A DNA stretch of 64,000 nucleotides from an uncultured Pelagibacteraceae bacterium (lineage in GTDB: Bacteria > Pseudomonadota > Alphaproteobacteria > Pelagibacterales > AG-422-B15): contig CACNCV010000002.1 of the NCBI GenBank assembly GCA_902619105.1, forward strand, positions 172,436-236,435. The letters run 5' to 3'. Each line of letters begins with the position of its first letter. The first letter of the stretch is position 1. Below are positions 20,256 through 29,763 of this stretch, piece after piece. The translations under genes were made by a program, and so were the position numbers. The notes beneath the pieces are model-generated. The model saw only the letters and a program-made list of their open reading frames with translations, did no database searches and had not been told where the DNA came from.

Positions 20256-21356
20256 ATGAACAACGCCGATAATAATACGATACTCAGTATTAACTTAAAA
20301 TCTATAAAGAAAAATTATAAAATAATTAGAAATAAGGTAGAAAAAAAATGCGAAGTTGCAGCTACTGTCAAAGCAAATGCTTACGGGCTGGGTGTGGAAA
20401 AGATTGTGCCAAGCTTGATAAAAAGTGGCTGTAAATTTTTTTTTGTTGCAACTACCGATGAAGCAATTCAATTACGTAAGATTAATAAGAAAATATGTAT
20501 TTTTATTTTAAATGGGCTTATTGCTGAGGAGATTGATTTAATTAGAAAGTTTGATTTAACTCCTGTAATTAATAATTTAATACAGCTAAAGAGGATTGAA
20601 AAATTTCAAGATAAAAAGAAATTAAAACTCAATATTGCATTACATTTTGATACAGGCATGTCTAGACTAGGCTTTGACCAAAATGAAACACAAAGACTTA
20701 TTAAAAGTAAAGCGAGCTTAATAAAAAAATCAAATGTTATATTAGTAATGAGTCACCTTTCTTGTGCTGACAATAAAAAGTCAAAACTAAATAAAACTCA
20801 ATTAGAACTATTTAATTCAATAAGCATGCATTTTCCTAATTCTATGCATAGCCTTGCAAATTCAGCGGGTATTTTACTAGGTAAAAAATATCATTTTGAT
20901 ATGGTAAGACCAGGAATATCATTGTATGGCGGTCATTCAAAAAAAAATGAAGGAAAAATCTATCATGACGTAATCTCTCTTCATGCAAAATTAATACAAG
21001 TAAGAGAGATATATGAAGGGGATACAATTGGATACGGAGCTACTTATAAAGCAAAATCTAAAATGAAAATAGGCACATTAGGCTTTGGTTATGCAGATGG
21101 TTTTAATAGATTATTTTCAAATAATTATTATGTTTGCTTTAAAAATAAAAAAATTAATGTACTAGGAAGAGTTTCAATGGATTTAATTACAGTAAATTTA
21201 ACCAATTTAAAAACAAATAAAAATATTATGAATGAAGAGTTTGAAATAATAGGGAGTAAACATTCAATAAATAAAATTGCTAAAACAATCAATACAATTC
21301 CATACGAAATACTAACTAATCTAGGCAAAAGATACCAAAGAAGATATATATTTTAA
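20256..21356 (+). CDS. alr: Alanine racemase
   Basis: VKANAYGLG, FDTGMSRLG, VRPGISLYG, IGYG, GYADG, GRVSMD, TIPYE. Confidence 0.96.
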   Translation: MNNADNNTILSINLKSIKKNYKIIRNKVEKKCEVAATVKANAYGLGVEKIVPSLIKSGCKFFFVATTDEAIQLRKINKKICIFILNGLIAEEIDLIRKFDLTPVINNLIQLKRIEKFQDKKKLKLNIALHFDTGMSRLGFDQNETQRLIKSKASLIKKSNVILVMSHLSCADNKKSKLNKTQLELFNSISMHFPNSMHSLANSAGILLGKKYHFDMVRPGISLYGGHSKKNEGKIYHDVISLHAKLIQVREIYEGDTIGYGATYKAKSKMKIGTLGFGYADGFNRLFSNNYYVCFKNKKINVLGRVSMDLITVNLTNLKTNKNIMNEEFEIIGSKHSINKIAKTINTIPYEILTNLGKRYQRRYIF

Positions 21357-21358
21357 GA

Positions 21359-23794
21359 ATGGAAAATATTTATTTATCTTTAATCAATAAATATACAAAC
21401 GTTACTTTATTATTTCTCTTAATTATTATTTGCTTTTTTGCATACAGTTCAAAAAACTTTCAGTTAGATGCATCTTCTGACACTTTAATTCTAGAGCAGG
21501 ATGAAGATTTAAAAAAATATAGAAAAGTCATTGATGATTATGGGTCGAGTGATTTTCTGATTGTAACCTTTTCCGACAAAAATAAGATTCTAACAGATAA
21601 AAACTTAGAACAAATAAAGTTATTTGTAGATGAGGTAATAAAATTTAAATGGGTAGAGAGTGTTCAATCTATTTTTGATGTACCATTATTGGAAGTAAAA
21701 AATCAAAGTTTAACCGATCTCATCGATGAAATACTCACCATAGAGTCCTCTGTTGTGAATCTCGATGATGCTGAGAAGGAATTACTAAATAGTCCGATAT
21801 TTAAAAATTTAATAATTAGTGAGGACGCGACTAGTACAGGAGTACTTGTAAATTTTAAGAAGAACAGTACATATGAATTTCTTATTAAAGAAAGAGATAG
21901 GCTTAAAAGCATAAATAAGCCTTCTAAAGATGATCTAGACACACTCAGTGAAGTATTAAAAGAATACGAAATAATTAAAAAGAATTTTGATCAAGAACGT
22001 CACAACAATATTAATGAGATAAGAAAAACAATTAATGATTTTTCTGCTAATGACTTGAAAATACATTTGGGAGGCGTATCAATGATTGCAGATGATACGA
22101 TTACATTTGTAAAAAATGATATATTTATATTTGGAATTGGAGCCTTAATTTTTATTTTAATAGTACTTTTCATAGTATTTAAAAATCCTCTTTGGATGTT
22201 CGCGTGTATTTCAAATTGCATAGCTTCTCTAATTATTATGATAGGCACAGTCTCTTTAATGCAATGGAAAGTAACAGTTATTTCTTCAAATTTTATTATG
22301 CTTATTTTGATTTTATCTTTATCAATGACAGTTCATATTGTTGTTAGATATAAACAATTTTTAATACAAGGTATTGAAAAATCCAGAGAAGAAGCTCTTA
22401 TACTGACAATTAGAAATATGTACAAACCATGTTTATTTGCCGCATTAACAACTGTTTTTGCATTCGCAACTCTTTACTCTAGCGGCATTAAACCAGTCAT
22501 GGATTTTGGCATGATGATGTGTGTTGGACTAGTAATCACATATATAACTAGTTTCACATTTTTACCTATTTTAATTTTCTTTTTAAAACTTAGCTTGCCT
22601 AGTCATTTATCCTCTAAACATGCTGATAATTTTTTTACCTCTATAGTGCTTAAATACCCTAATATTCTATTGATATGTTTTATTATGATTTTTTGCTTAG
22701 GTTTGTACGGTACAACCAAACTAAAAGTAGAAAATAGTTTTATTGATTATTTTAAAAAAGACACAGAGATATATAAAGGTATGAAATTAATTGACGATAA
22801 ATTAGGAGGGACTACTCCATTAGATATAATTATTGATTTCAATACTGAGACTAATAACTTAGAAATGGAAAGTGTTGAAGAGGAGTTTTTAGATTTTGGT
22901 ATTGAATATGACCCTGAGGATTATTGGTTTACGAGAGAAAAAATTGATACTATTAAAAAAATTCATGATCATTTAGAAAAATATCCTTTTGCTGGCAAAG
23001 TATTATCCCTTGCATCAGTTGTTAGAACAGCTGAAAAACTTAATCTAAATAATGAGTTCGATACGCTTGAATTATCAGTCTTGTATAAAAAACTGCCAAA
23101 TGAACTAAAAAATCAAATAATAAAGCCATATGTCTTGATTAGTGAAGATCAGGCAAGAATTACAATGAGGATTATTGATACTCATCCTGAATTAGTGAGA
23201 GAGAATTTTGTTAGTGATTTAAATGATTTTTTTAATGAAAATTTTTCTGATAAGAAAATAAATGTATCAATAACGGGAATTCTTATACTTTATAACAACA
23301 TGCTTCAAAGTCTTTTTGACTCACAAATTAAGACGTTATCTATAGTTCTAATGGGTATATTCTTCATGTTATTTTTTTTGTTTAGGTCGTTTAAAATAGC
23401 TTTCGCGGCAATAATGCCAAATGTAATTGCTTGCTTTGTGATACTTGGATCAATGGGATTATTGTCTATCCCCCTTGATCTAATGACAATTACAATAGCT
23501 GCCATTACCATTGGGATTGCTGTTGATAATTGCATACATTACATATATAGGTACCGAGAATACTTAACTATTACAGGAAAGCACGATGAAACTGTAATTA
23601 AATGCAATGAAACAGTAGGTCAGGCTATAAAAAATACCTCTTACACAATTATCGCTGGATTTTCTATATTAATAATATCAAATTTCTACCCAACTATATA
23701 TTTTGGATTATTTACTGCTTTAGCGATGATAGTTGCACTTTGTGGAAGTCTAACTCTTTTGCCAGTTATACTTAAGAAACTTATAACAGTTTAA
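21359..23794 (+). CDS. MMPL/RND-family transporter (predicted lipid exporter)
   Basis: Two repeats of a periplasmic domain plus about 5-6 TMs; C-half GIAVDNCIHY; LGGTTPLDI. Confidence 0.85.
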   Translation: MENIYLSLINKYTNVTLLFLLIIICFFAYSSKNFQLDASSDTLILEQDEDLKKYRKVIDDYGSSDFLIVTFSDKNKILTDKNLEQIKLFVDEVIKFKWVESVQSIFDVPLLEVKNQSLTDLIDEILTIESSVVNLDDAEKELLNSPIFKNLIISEDATSTGVLVNFKKNSTYEFLIKERDRLKSINKPSKDDLDTLSEVLKEYEIIKKNFDQERHNNINEIRKTINDFSANDLKIHLGGVSMIADDTITFVKNDIFIFGIGALIFILIVLFIVFKNPLWMFACISNCIASLIIMIGTVSLMQWKVTVISSNFIMLILILSLSMTVHIVVRYKQFLIQGIEKSREEALILTIRNMYKPCLFAALTTVFAFATLYSSGIKPVMDFGMMMCVGLVITYITSFTFLPILIFFLKLSLPSHLSSKHADNFFTSIVLKYPNILLICFIMIFCLGLYGTTKLKVENSFIDYFKKDTEIYKGMKLIDDKLGGTTPLDIIIDFNTETNNLEMESVEEEFLDFGIEYDPEDYWFTREKIDTIKKIHDHLEKYPFAGKVLSLASVVRTAEKLNLNNEFDTLELSVLYKKLPNELKNQIIKPYVLISEDQARITMRIIDTHPELVRENFVSDLNDFFNENFSDKKINVSITGILILYNNMLQSLFDSQIKTLSIVLMGIFFMLFFLFRSFKIAFAAIMPNVIACFVILGSMGLLSIPLDLMTITIAAITIGIAVDNCIHYIYRYREYLTITGKHDETVIKCNETVGQAIKNTSYTIIAGFSILIISNFYPTIYFGLFTALAMIVALCGSLTLLPVILKKLITV

Positions 23795-23797
23795 TAA

Positions 23798-24319
23798 ATG
23801 AATATTAATTTTAGTCAATTCTATAATCCATTTGATATTTTATTTCTAATAATAATCTTAATCTCCTTTTTTTTTGGGATAAAAAATGGACTTATTAAAA
23901 GTTTATTAAATTTTATTAAGTGGATAATAATTTTTTATTTTTTAAGAAATTGCTTTGATATATTAAGGCCGATCTTTGATCCCTTCATAAGCAATCAAAC
24001 TCTTTCTGACATAATGATATTCTTTACGACACTAATTGTGTCTTATATTTTAATTTCTTTTATTAATCGCATTATCATTGGGTTATTGCAGCCAAAAAAG
24101 TCAATTAGCATCGATATGGTGTTTGGAGGTATGCTTGGTATATTGAGAGGTTACATAGTTTTTGTTCTTATAGTTTTTTTTATAAACAGTAATTTATTAT
24201 CAGGTTCTACGCCAGAATTTATGAAAATAGGAATTTTTCAAGAAATTGTAAATTATGGCATTGATCTACTCGAACATGCGCCAAGAAACATTAATCAGAT
24301 TAAAAACTTAGATATTTAA
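23798..24319 (+). CDS. cvpA: CvpA (colicin V production) family membrane protein
   Basis: DILFLIIILISFFFGIKNGLIKS, DMVFGGMLGILRG. Confidence 0.88.
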   Translation: MNINFSQFYNPFDILFLIIILISFFFGIKNGLIKSLLNFIKWIIIFYFLRNCFDILRPIFDPFISNQTLSDIMIFFTTLIVSYILISFINRIIIGLLQPKKSISIDMVFGGMLGILRGYIVFVLIVFFINSNLLSGSTPEFMKIGIFQEIVNYGIDLLEHAPRNINQIKNLDI

Positions 24320-24320
24320 A

Positions 24321-25013
24321 ATGAGAAAATTAAATTGCTTTGTTACCGGTGCATCTAACGGAATAGGAAGTGAAATTGCTATTCAGTTATCATATTTTTC
24401 AAAACACATATATATAAGTGCACGTAATATAAAGAAACTTGAGATGGTTCACGATCAAATAATAAAGCAAAACTGTAAATGTACGATCGTTCCATTAGAT
24501 CTATGCGATGAAAATGGCATTGAAAACTTAGCAAAACAGATACTTATTAAAGATAATTCCTTGGATGTGCTAGTCTTATCCGCAGGTATGATTTATCCAC
24601 TTTCACCAATTGATTCAATTGAATTTAATAAATTTAATGAAGTATTAACACTCAATTACTTAGCAAACTTTAGAATGATTAAAAATTTTCACCCGTTGTT
24701 AAAAAATTCCACGGACTCATATATTGCTACAATTTCATCACTAAAAGACACAACAAAAGAATTCTATTGGGGAGTTTATCAGCCTGTGATGACTGCACTA
24801 AATGAATTGTTATTGATGTATGCAAACGAAAATAAAAATACAAGCATAAAAACGAACATTTTTTGTCCAAAGGCAGTAAATACTAACCTTAGAGAGATAA
24901 TCATGCCCGGTGAAGATAAAAGTAAAATTAGTAATCCAAAAGATGTTGCCGAAAAAATAGTGAAATTAATCTTTAAAACAAAGGAAACAGGTCGGATTAT
25001 AGAAATTAATTAA
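24321..25013 (+). CDS. YciK-like short-chain dehydrogenase/reductase with a degenerate catalytic motif
   Basis: VTGASNGIG, YWGVY, PKAVNTNLR...PGED; usual position after cvpA-(purF). Confidence 0.8.
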   Translation: MRKLNCFVTGASNGIGSEIAIQLSYFSKHIYISARNIKKLEMVHDQIIKQNCKCTIVPLDLCDENGIENLAKQILIKDNSLDVLVLSAGMIYPLSPIDSIEFNKFNEVLTLNYLANFRMIKNFHPLLKNSTDSYIATISSLKDTTKEFYWGVYQPVMTALNELLLMYANENKNTSIKTNIFCPKAVNTNLREIIMPGEDKSKISNPKDVAEKIVKLIFKTKETGRIIEIN

Positions 25014-25827
25014 CATATGGATTTTTTGAATTCTTGAATTCATAAATGATTGGTATACCATCAATTTTAAAATATTCCCTAAATGCATTATCAAAGTATT
25101 TTTGAAATAAGTTTGGCGTTTTCTTCTGAGTATTGACAAAAACTTTAAATTTTGGAATTTTATTATCAGTTTGAACAATATATTTAGGTTTAATTTCAAC
25201 TTTATTAATTTTTGGATAATTGGCTTTTTTATTTAAATAGTTTATAAATTTATTTAGTTTCTGTTTTTGTATTCTTATTGATTCTAATTTTTTTTTAGTA
25301 ATAATTTTCTCCAATACATTATTAACACTAATATTCTTTTTTGCAGAAATAAATTCAATATTTATTAACTTATGTTTACTATAATTATTTTTGAGAAATT
25401 TATTTATATTTGATTTAAATTTTTTTTTATCTTCAACAATATCAATTTTATTGAATATAAAAAAAAGTAATTTATATTTATTAATTACTAAATCAGCTAA
25501 TCTAAAATCTTGCTTTGTGATATTCTCTAATGAATCAATTAAGAGAATTACTGCGTCAACGCTATTAATTAATCTTATTACCTCCAAGTTACGAACCATT
25601 TCTTTTTTTTCTTTTACTTTACTCCTTCTTCTTAAGCCTGGAGTATCTACAATTATAAAATCATATTTCTTATGCTTAAACTCCTTTTTATATAGAGATT
25701 TTGTTAATCCATATTCATCGCCTACAGGCGATAAATATTCCCCTAGAAGCGTATTAAATAATGTTGATTTTCCAGAATTAGGTTTACCAATAATACCTAA
25801 ATTTAACTTATCTAACCTCATAGACAT
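25006..25827 (-). CDS. der: Der/EngA-like GTPase with a single G domain plus KH-like domain
   Basis: G1 GKPNSGKS, G3 DTPG, G4 NKID, G5 ISAK; C-terminal IKPKYIVQ...PKFKVF...FREYFKIDGIPI; immediately after bamB. Confidence 0.8.
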   Translation of the reverse strand: MSMRLDKLNLGIIGKPNSGKSTLFNTLLGEYLSPVGDEYGLTKSLYKKEFKHKKYDFIIVDTPGLRRRSKVKEKKEMVRNLEVIRLINSVDAVILLIDSLENITKQDFRLADLVINKYKLLFFIFNKIDIVEDKKKFKSNINKFLKNNYSKHKLINIEFISAKKNISVNNVLEKIITKKKLESIRIQKQKLNKFINYLNKKANYPKINKVEIKPKYIVQTDNKIPKFKVFVNTQKKTPNLFQKYFDNAFREYFKIDGIPIIYEFKNSKNPYVN

Positions 25828-27106
25828 TTGAATTTTTATCTGTCAAATAAATAGCATTTGACAATATTAATGGTGGTACCAAAATACCCCTGATAGCAAT
25901 AGACTCATTTGAGAGGATTTCTCCTGTAATTGGAGATACAATCTTAATCTCTCCAAAATATGAAATGTTATAAATAAGATTATTTATCAAATAAGGGCCA
26001 AGCCACAAGTTAAGGTTTTTAATATTTTTTCCTGACCTAAATTTTGAGAGATCAGTTATCCAATATACCTCACCGCTGATTCTATCTAAACAAATCAATT
26101 TTCCATCCTCATCGATTACGTATATTTGATTTCCTGACACTAAAGGTGTTCTATAGCCTGATAGATCAATTCCCCAATTGCGTTGACCGTTTAATGCATT
26201 TACTGAAACCAGCTTTCCATTTGAACTTAAAGAATATATCGTTTCTCTATCAATGACCGGGCTTGCTGAAATATCTTTAATATCAAAATTACTTACCATT
26301 GAAATTTTTGACACATTTTCTGACCATACCGGTTGACCAGTATCGTGAATAAAGGCGACTAACTCTCCGTTACTAAAAGGAGCTATAATTGTATTCTCAA
26401 AAGCAACGGGCGAGGATGTAAATAAATTCTTTTTTGTTTCAGATATAGTTTGAAATGACCAATTTATGTTGCCATCATTTAAATTAATCGAAAAAATTCT
26501 ATTATCCGCTGATATAAAATAAATATATCCCCTATATATCAAAGGTGGAGACAGTATTGGATATTCAATCCGATTAGACCAAATTTCTTCACCATCAATT
26601 GTATTAAATAACTTAATTTGTCCATATGCATCAACAAACACTAATTGATTATCAAAATATGCTATACCTCCTCTGATTACCTCATATTTTTTAATACCTT
26701 CAGGTTTTAGATTGGCCTCTAAAAATATATTTTTGGTATCAACATTAATGCACTTTAAAAGTCCTGTGTTTAAAACGTGACAAATATTATTCTCAAAAAA
26801 AATAGGTTGGATAATATTTACTGGACCTTTTTTTCCAGAAATGATCTTTGATTTTTTTTTAAATAGTGAACTCGTAGCTAAATTATTTAGGTTATTTGAT
26901 GGATTTAAAAAATGTTGAGACCAAAAAAAATTTTCTCTTGCTGGATCAATTGCTATATTTGAGGTATCAAGGTTTAATGTTTCAGATATTTCAGCATCAT
27001 AACTTAAAATTGGAAAGCTTCTATTATTATCCTGAATTTCATCATTCTTCGAGCAAGAGATTAGAATTATACTTGTTATAAATAAAATAGTAAATTTGTT
27101 AATCAT
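25808..27106 (-). CDS. bamB: BamB-like PQQ beta-propeller lipoprotein
   Basis: Lipobox ILISC, repeated G...W propeller motifs, position between a YfgM-like gene and der. Confidence 0.85.
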   Translation of the reverse strand: MINKFTILFITSIILISCSKNDEIQDNNRSFPILSYDAEISETLNLDTSNIAIDPARENFFWSQHFLNPSNNLNNLATSSLFKKKSKIISGKKGPVNIIQPIFFENNICHVLNTGLLKCINVDTKNIFLEANLKPEGIKKYEVIRGGIAYFDNQLVFVDAYGQIKLFNTIDGEEIWSNRIEYPILSPPLIYRGYIYFISADNRIFSINLNDGNINWSFQTISETKKNLFTSSPVAFENTIIAPFSNGELVAFIHDTGQPVWSENVSKISMVSNFDIKDISASPVIDRETIYSLSSNGKLVSVNALNGQRNWGIDLSGYRTPLVSGNQIYVIDEDGKLICLDRISGEVYWITDLSKFRSGKNIKNLNLWLGPYLINNLIYNISYFGEIKIVSPITGEILSNESIAIRGILVPPLILSNAIYLTDKNSNVYEVR

Positions 27107-27110
27107 TCTA

Positions 27111-27740
27111 TTATGATAATTCTATAAACTTAATCGCTCTATTTCGAATTTCTATTGGTAAATCTAAATTACTTATTAAGTCTTCAAAATCTTTTTTAGC
27201 TTCTGCATAATCTCCAAGTATAAGTTTTCTTACGGCTATAATTTCCAAAAATGAATATTTAAATGGGCTGCTTTCGATTCTCTCATTAGTCAAATTTAAA
27301 TTAGAAGCTAAATCGTCAGGGTCTTCCATTTTAGCCATAAATAAAAGGTAAGTCGCTAAATCTCTAATGACTACATCATATTCAATATTTTCCGCTATTT
27401 TCTCTAATGTAGAGTATCCCTCTTCTATATTTCCATTTTGTACTTGTAAATTTGAAGTTCTTAATGCTGCTAAACCAGATAGGTACTCATTATTAGAAGA
27501 AATAATTTCTTCATATAGTGGAATTTGTTTAATAAAATTATTGTCATTTGTTGCATTGATAAATGTTTCTACAAGAATTTCATTTTTTGTCTTACTAATT
27601 GAGACATTTAATTGGTAACCAATTACCGTAAATACAATAACTATTATTACTGAAACTGCATATAAACCATACTTATTCCAAAGTTTAGAGAGCTTTTCCC
27701 TTCTTAGATCTTCATCAATTTGCCTTATAATATCACTCAT
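27111..27740 (-). CDS. YfgM-like / DUF2659 TPR membrane-anchored protein
   Basis: MSDIIRQIDEDLRREKLSKLWNKYG plus a single TM and helical repeats. Confidence 0.82.
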   Translation of the reverse strand: MSDIIRQIDEDLRREKLSKLWNKYGLYAVSVIIVIVFTVIGYQLNVSISKTKNEILVETFINATNDNNFIKQIPLYEEIISSNNEYLSGLAALRTSNLQVQNGNIEEGYSTLEKIAENIEYDVVIRDLATYLLFMAKMEDPDDLASNLNLTNERIESSPFKYSFLEIIAVRKLILGDYAEAKKDFEDLISNLDLPIEIRNRAIKFIELS

Positions 27741-27742
27741 TC

Positions 27743-28567
27743 TTATTTTCCGTTGTTACGTACAATTTGAGGTCGCATATGATAAATATGGTCTGATGAA
27801 GGAAAAGTTCTATCTTTAACTTCTTCAGCATACTTACTTACAGCTTTCTTAATAGTGTTATCTAAATCGACATATTTTTTTACAAATTTTGGAGCAACGT
27901 TTGTTAATCCCAACATATCTTCTGTTACTAATATCTGACCATCACAATTTGGAGATGCTCCTATTCCAATAGTAGGAATGTTTAAAATTGAAGTTATTTC
28001 TGCGGCTAATGGCTCAGCCATGCCCTCTAAAACCACTGAAAATGCTCCCGCTTTTTCAACAGCAACTGCATCATCAATATATTTTTGCCATTCAGATTTT
28101 ACTTTTCCTCTTACTTTATAACCTCCATCTATCAATACACTCTGCGGTTGAAGACCTATATGGCCCATAACGGGAATTGAGCTTTTTGTAAGATGTTCAA
28201 TTGTTTTGGACATTTTTTGACCGCCTTCTAACTTAACACCGTTGCAATTGGTTTCTTTCATAACACGAGCTGCATTCATAAATGCTTTTTCAACAGATTC
28301 TTCGTAGGTTCCAAACGGCATATCAACAATTACACAAGATTTATTTGAAGCCCCAACAACAGACTTCGCATGCTTAATCATTTGTTCAAGCGTAACTTGA
28401 AGTGTATTCTCATAATCATAAAGAACCATCCCGAGCGAGTCTCCAACCAACATTAAATCAACCTGTTCGTCAATAGCTCTAGCAATTGGTGCCGTATAAG
28501 CAGTTAGACATACAATTGGACTCTTTCTTTTGAGTGATTTTATATCATTAGCTGATTTTCTTAACAT
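27743..28567 (-). CDS. panB: 3-methyl-2-oxobutanoate hydroxymethyltransferase
   Basis: LTAYT, LVGDSLGMV, DMPFGTYE, GVKLEGG, GHIGLQPQ, IGIGAS..CDGQILV. Confidence 0.98.
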   Translation of the reverse strand: MLRKSANDIKSLKRKSPIVCLTAYTAPIARAIDEQVDLMLVGDSLGMVLYDYENTLQVTLEQMIKHAKSVVGASNKSCVIVDMPFGTYEESVEKAFMNAARVMKETNCNGVKLEGGQKMSKTIEHLTKSSIPVMGHIGLQPQSVLIDGGYKVRGKVKSEWQKYIDDAVAVEKAGAFSVVLEGMAEPLAAEITSILNIPTIGIGASPNCDGQILVTEDMLGLTNVAPKFVKKYVDLDNTIKKAVSKYAEEVKDRTFPSSDHIYHMRPQIVRNNGK

Positions 28568-28624
28568 GGGATCGGTTTATACTTGATAAATTGGAAAAAT
28601 TCTAGGGAAAGCTTAGTTTTGGAA

Positions 28625-29149
28625 TTATTCTTTTAATTCACTGTCTATTAATACAGCTATTAGAAGAGCCGGTTCAGAGCCATTATTTACCCATGCGTGA
28701 TTTGTGCCTCTTTGTACAACAACATCAAATGGATTTATTTTTACCTCTTCTTCATCCAAAATTAAAGTTACATCTCCTTTTAGCAGTATAATATAATCAA
28801 TTGTATTGGTTTTATGCATTGCTGGATGTTTTGTTACATCAACCCGGTGATGAGCTGCACCTATGCGACTGAAGGCTTCCTCGGCCATTTTATTTAGCGC
28901 CTCGAGTGGGACACCTTTTGGAGTAGGCATTATTTGAAAATATCGAAATTTAGAACCTCCTTTAGGAGGTGATAAAATTATATCGCTATCAGCTCTGTCT
29001 TTACTACTTGTTGTATCAATAGTATTTCCATCTTCGTTCCATATCTCGAATAGACCTCCGATTTCTTCTCCGATAGAGCGTGCTGGTGGACCGTCAATTT
29101 TAATTATAGATTTGCCATTTTCATTATGTCCTGTAACAATTCTCCTCAC
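28625..29149 (-). CDS. Cupin-2 domain protein
   Basis: RRIVTGH...GKS; MHKTNTIDY...VVVQRGTNHAW. Confidence 0.85.
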   Translation of the reverse strand: MRRIVTGHNENGKSIIKIDGPPARSIGEEIGGLFEIWNEDGNTIDTTSSKDRADSDIILSPPKGGSKFRYFQIMPTPKGVPLEALNKMAEEAFSRIGAAHHRVDVTKHPAMHKTNTIDYIILLKGDVTLILDEEEVKINPFDVVVQRGTNHAWVNNGSEPALLIAVLIDSELKE

Positions 29150-29167
29150 TTAATAATCTCCTTTATT

Positions 29168-29686
29168 TTAATCTCTTCTAACGTTTGGAATTATTTCCTC
29201 TTGATAACCTTCTTTAAAGGTTGCTCGATCGCCATAAATTTCAGTTTCAAACCATTCTACAAATTCTTTTGATTTAATCCCCCTCCAATATTTCCAAGTT
29301 GACTGTGCGATAGGAGCTTTCATGGTACCCAATTTCAACATATGCATTCTCATTTTTAAATGAGTTTCATCAACAAAACCTTTTTCAACTTTTTCATATG
29401 TATCAAAAATATCCACTAGTAATGCATTTACATATACTGCTACTCTCCATTTATCTGCGTTATCTAGTTCGCCTGCAGCCCAATCTTTCGATAGAAAGTT
29501 ACTAAATTCTTTATCTTTCGATGTATTAAAATACCTTTCATACATTCTGTGAGTTAAAGAGTGTCCAAACTGCGCTTTTGTGATTTCATTTTGCTGATGT
29601 ATTTGTATTCCTAAATAAATAACAGAAACAACAACACCAAATGCTGCAACCATTTGTACTATTATTATTATTGTTTCTGTGCTCAT
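29168..29686 (-). CDS. Hypothetical protein with one N-terminal TM helix
   Basis: 172-aa ORF filling the gap; hydrophobic residues about 5-28 followed by a soluble helical domain. Confidence 0.7.
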   Translation of the reverse strand: MSTETIIIIVQMVAAFGVVVSVIYLGIQIHQQNEITKAQFGHSLTHRMYERYFNTSKDKEFSNFLSKDWAAGELDNADKWRVAVYVNALLVDIFDTYEKVEKGFVDETHLKMRMHMLKLGTMKAPIAQSTWKYWRGIKSKEFVEWFETEIYGDRATFKEGYQEEIIPNVRRD

Positions 29687-29763
29687 AAATACAGACTATA
29701 CATTATTATACTTTTGTGGCAAAAAACATTGCTTAGATAGATTTATAAAAATTGATTTAATAG

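Noticed and set aside
25800-25900. Frameshift hiding Der GD1 upstream
   Set aside because: The upstream sequence is fully occupied by an intact bamB C-terminus; no G1/G3/G4 motifs were seen in other frames
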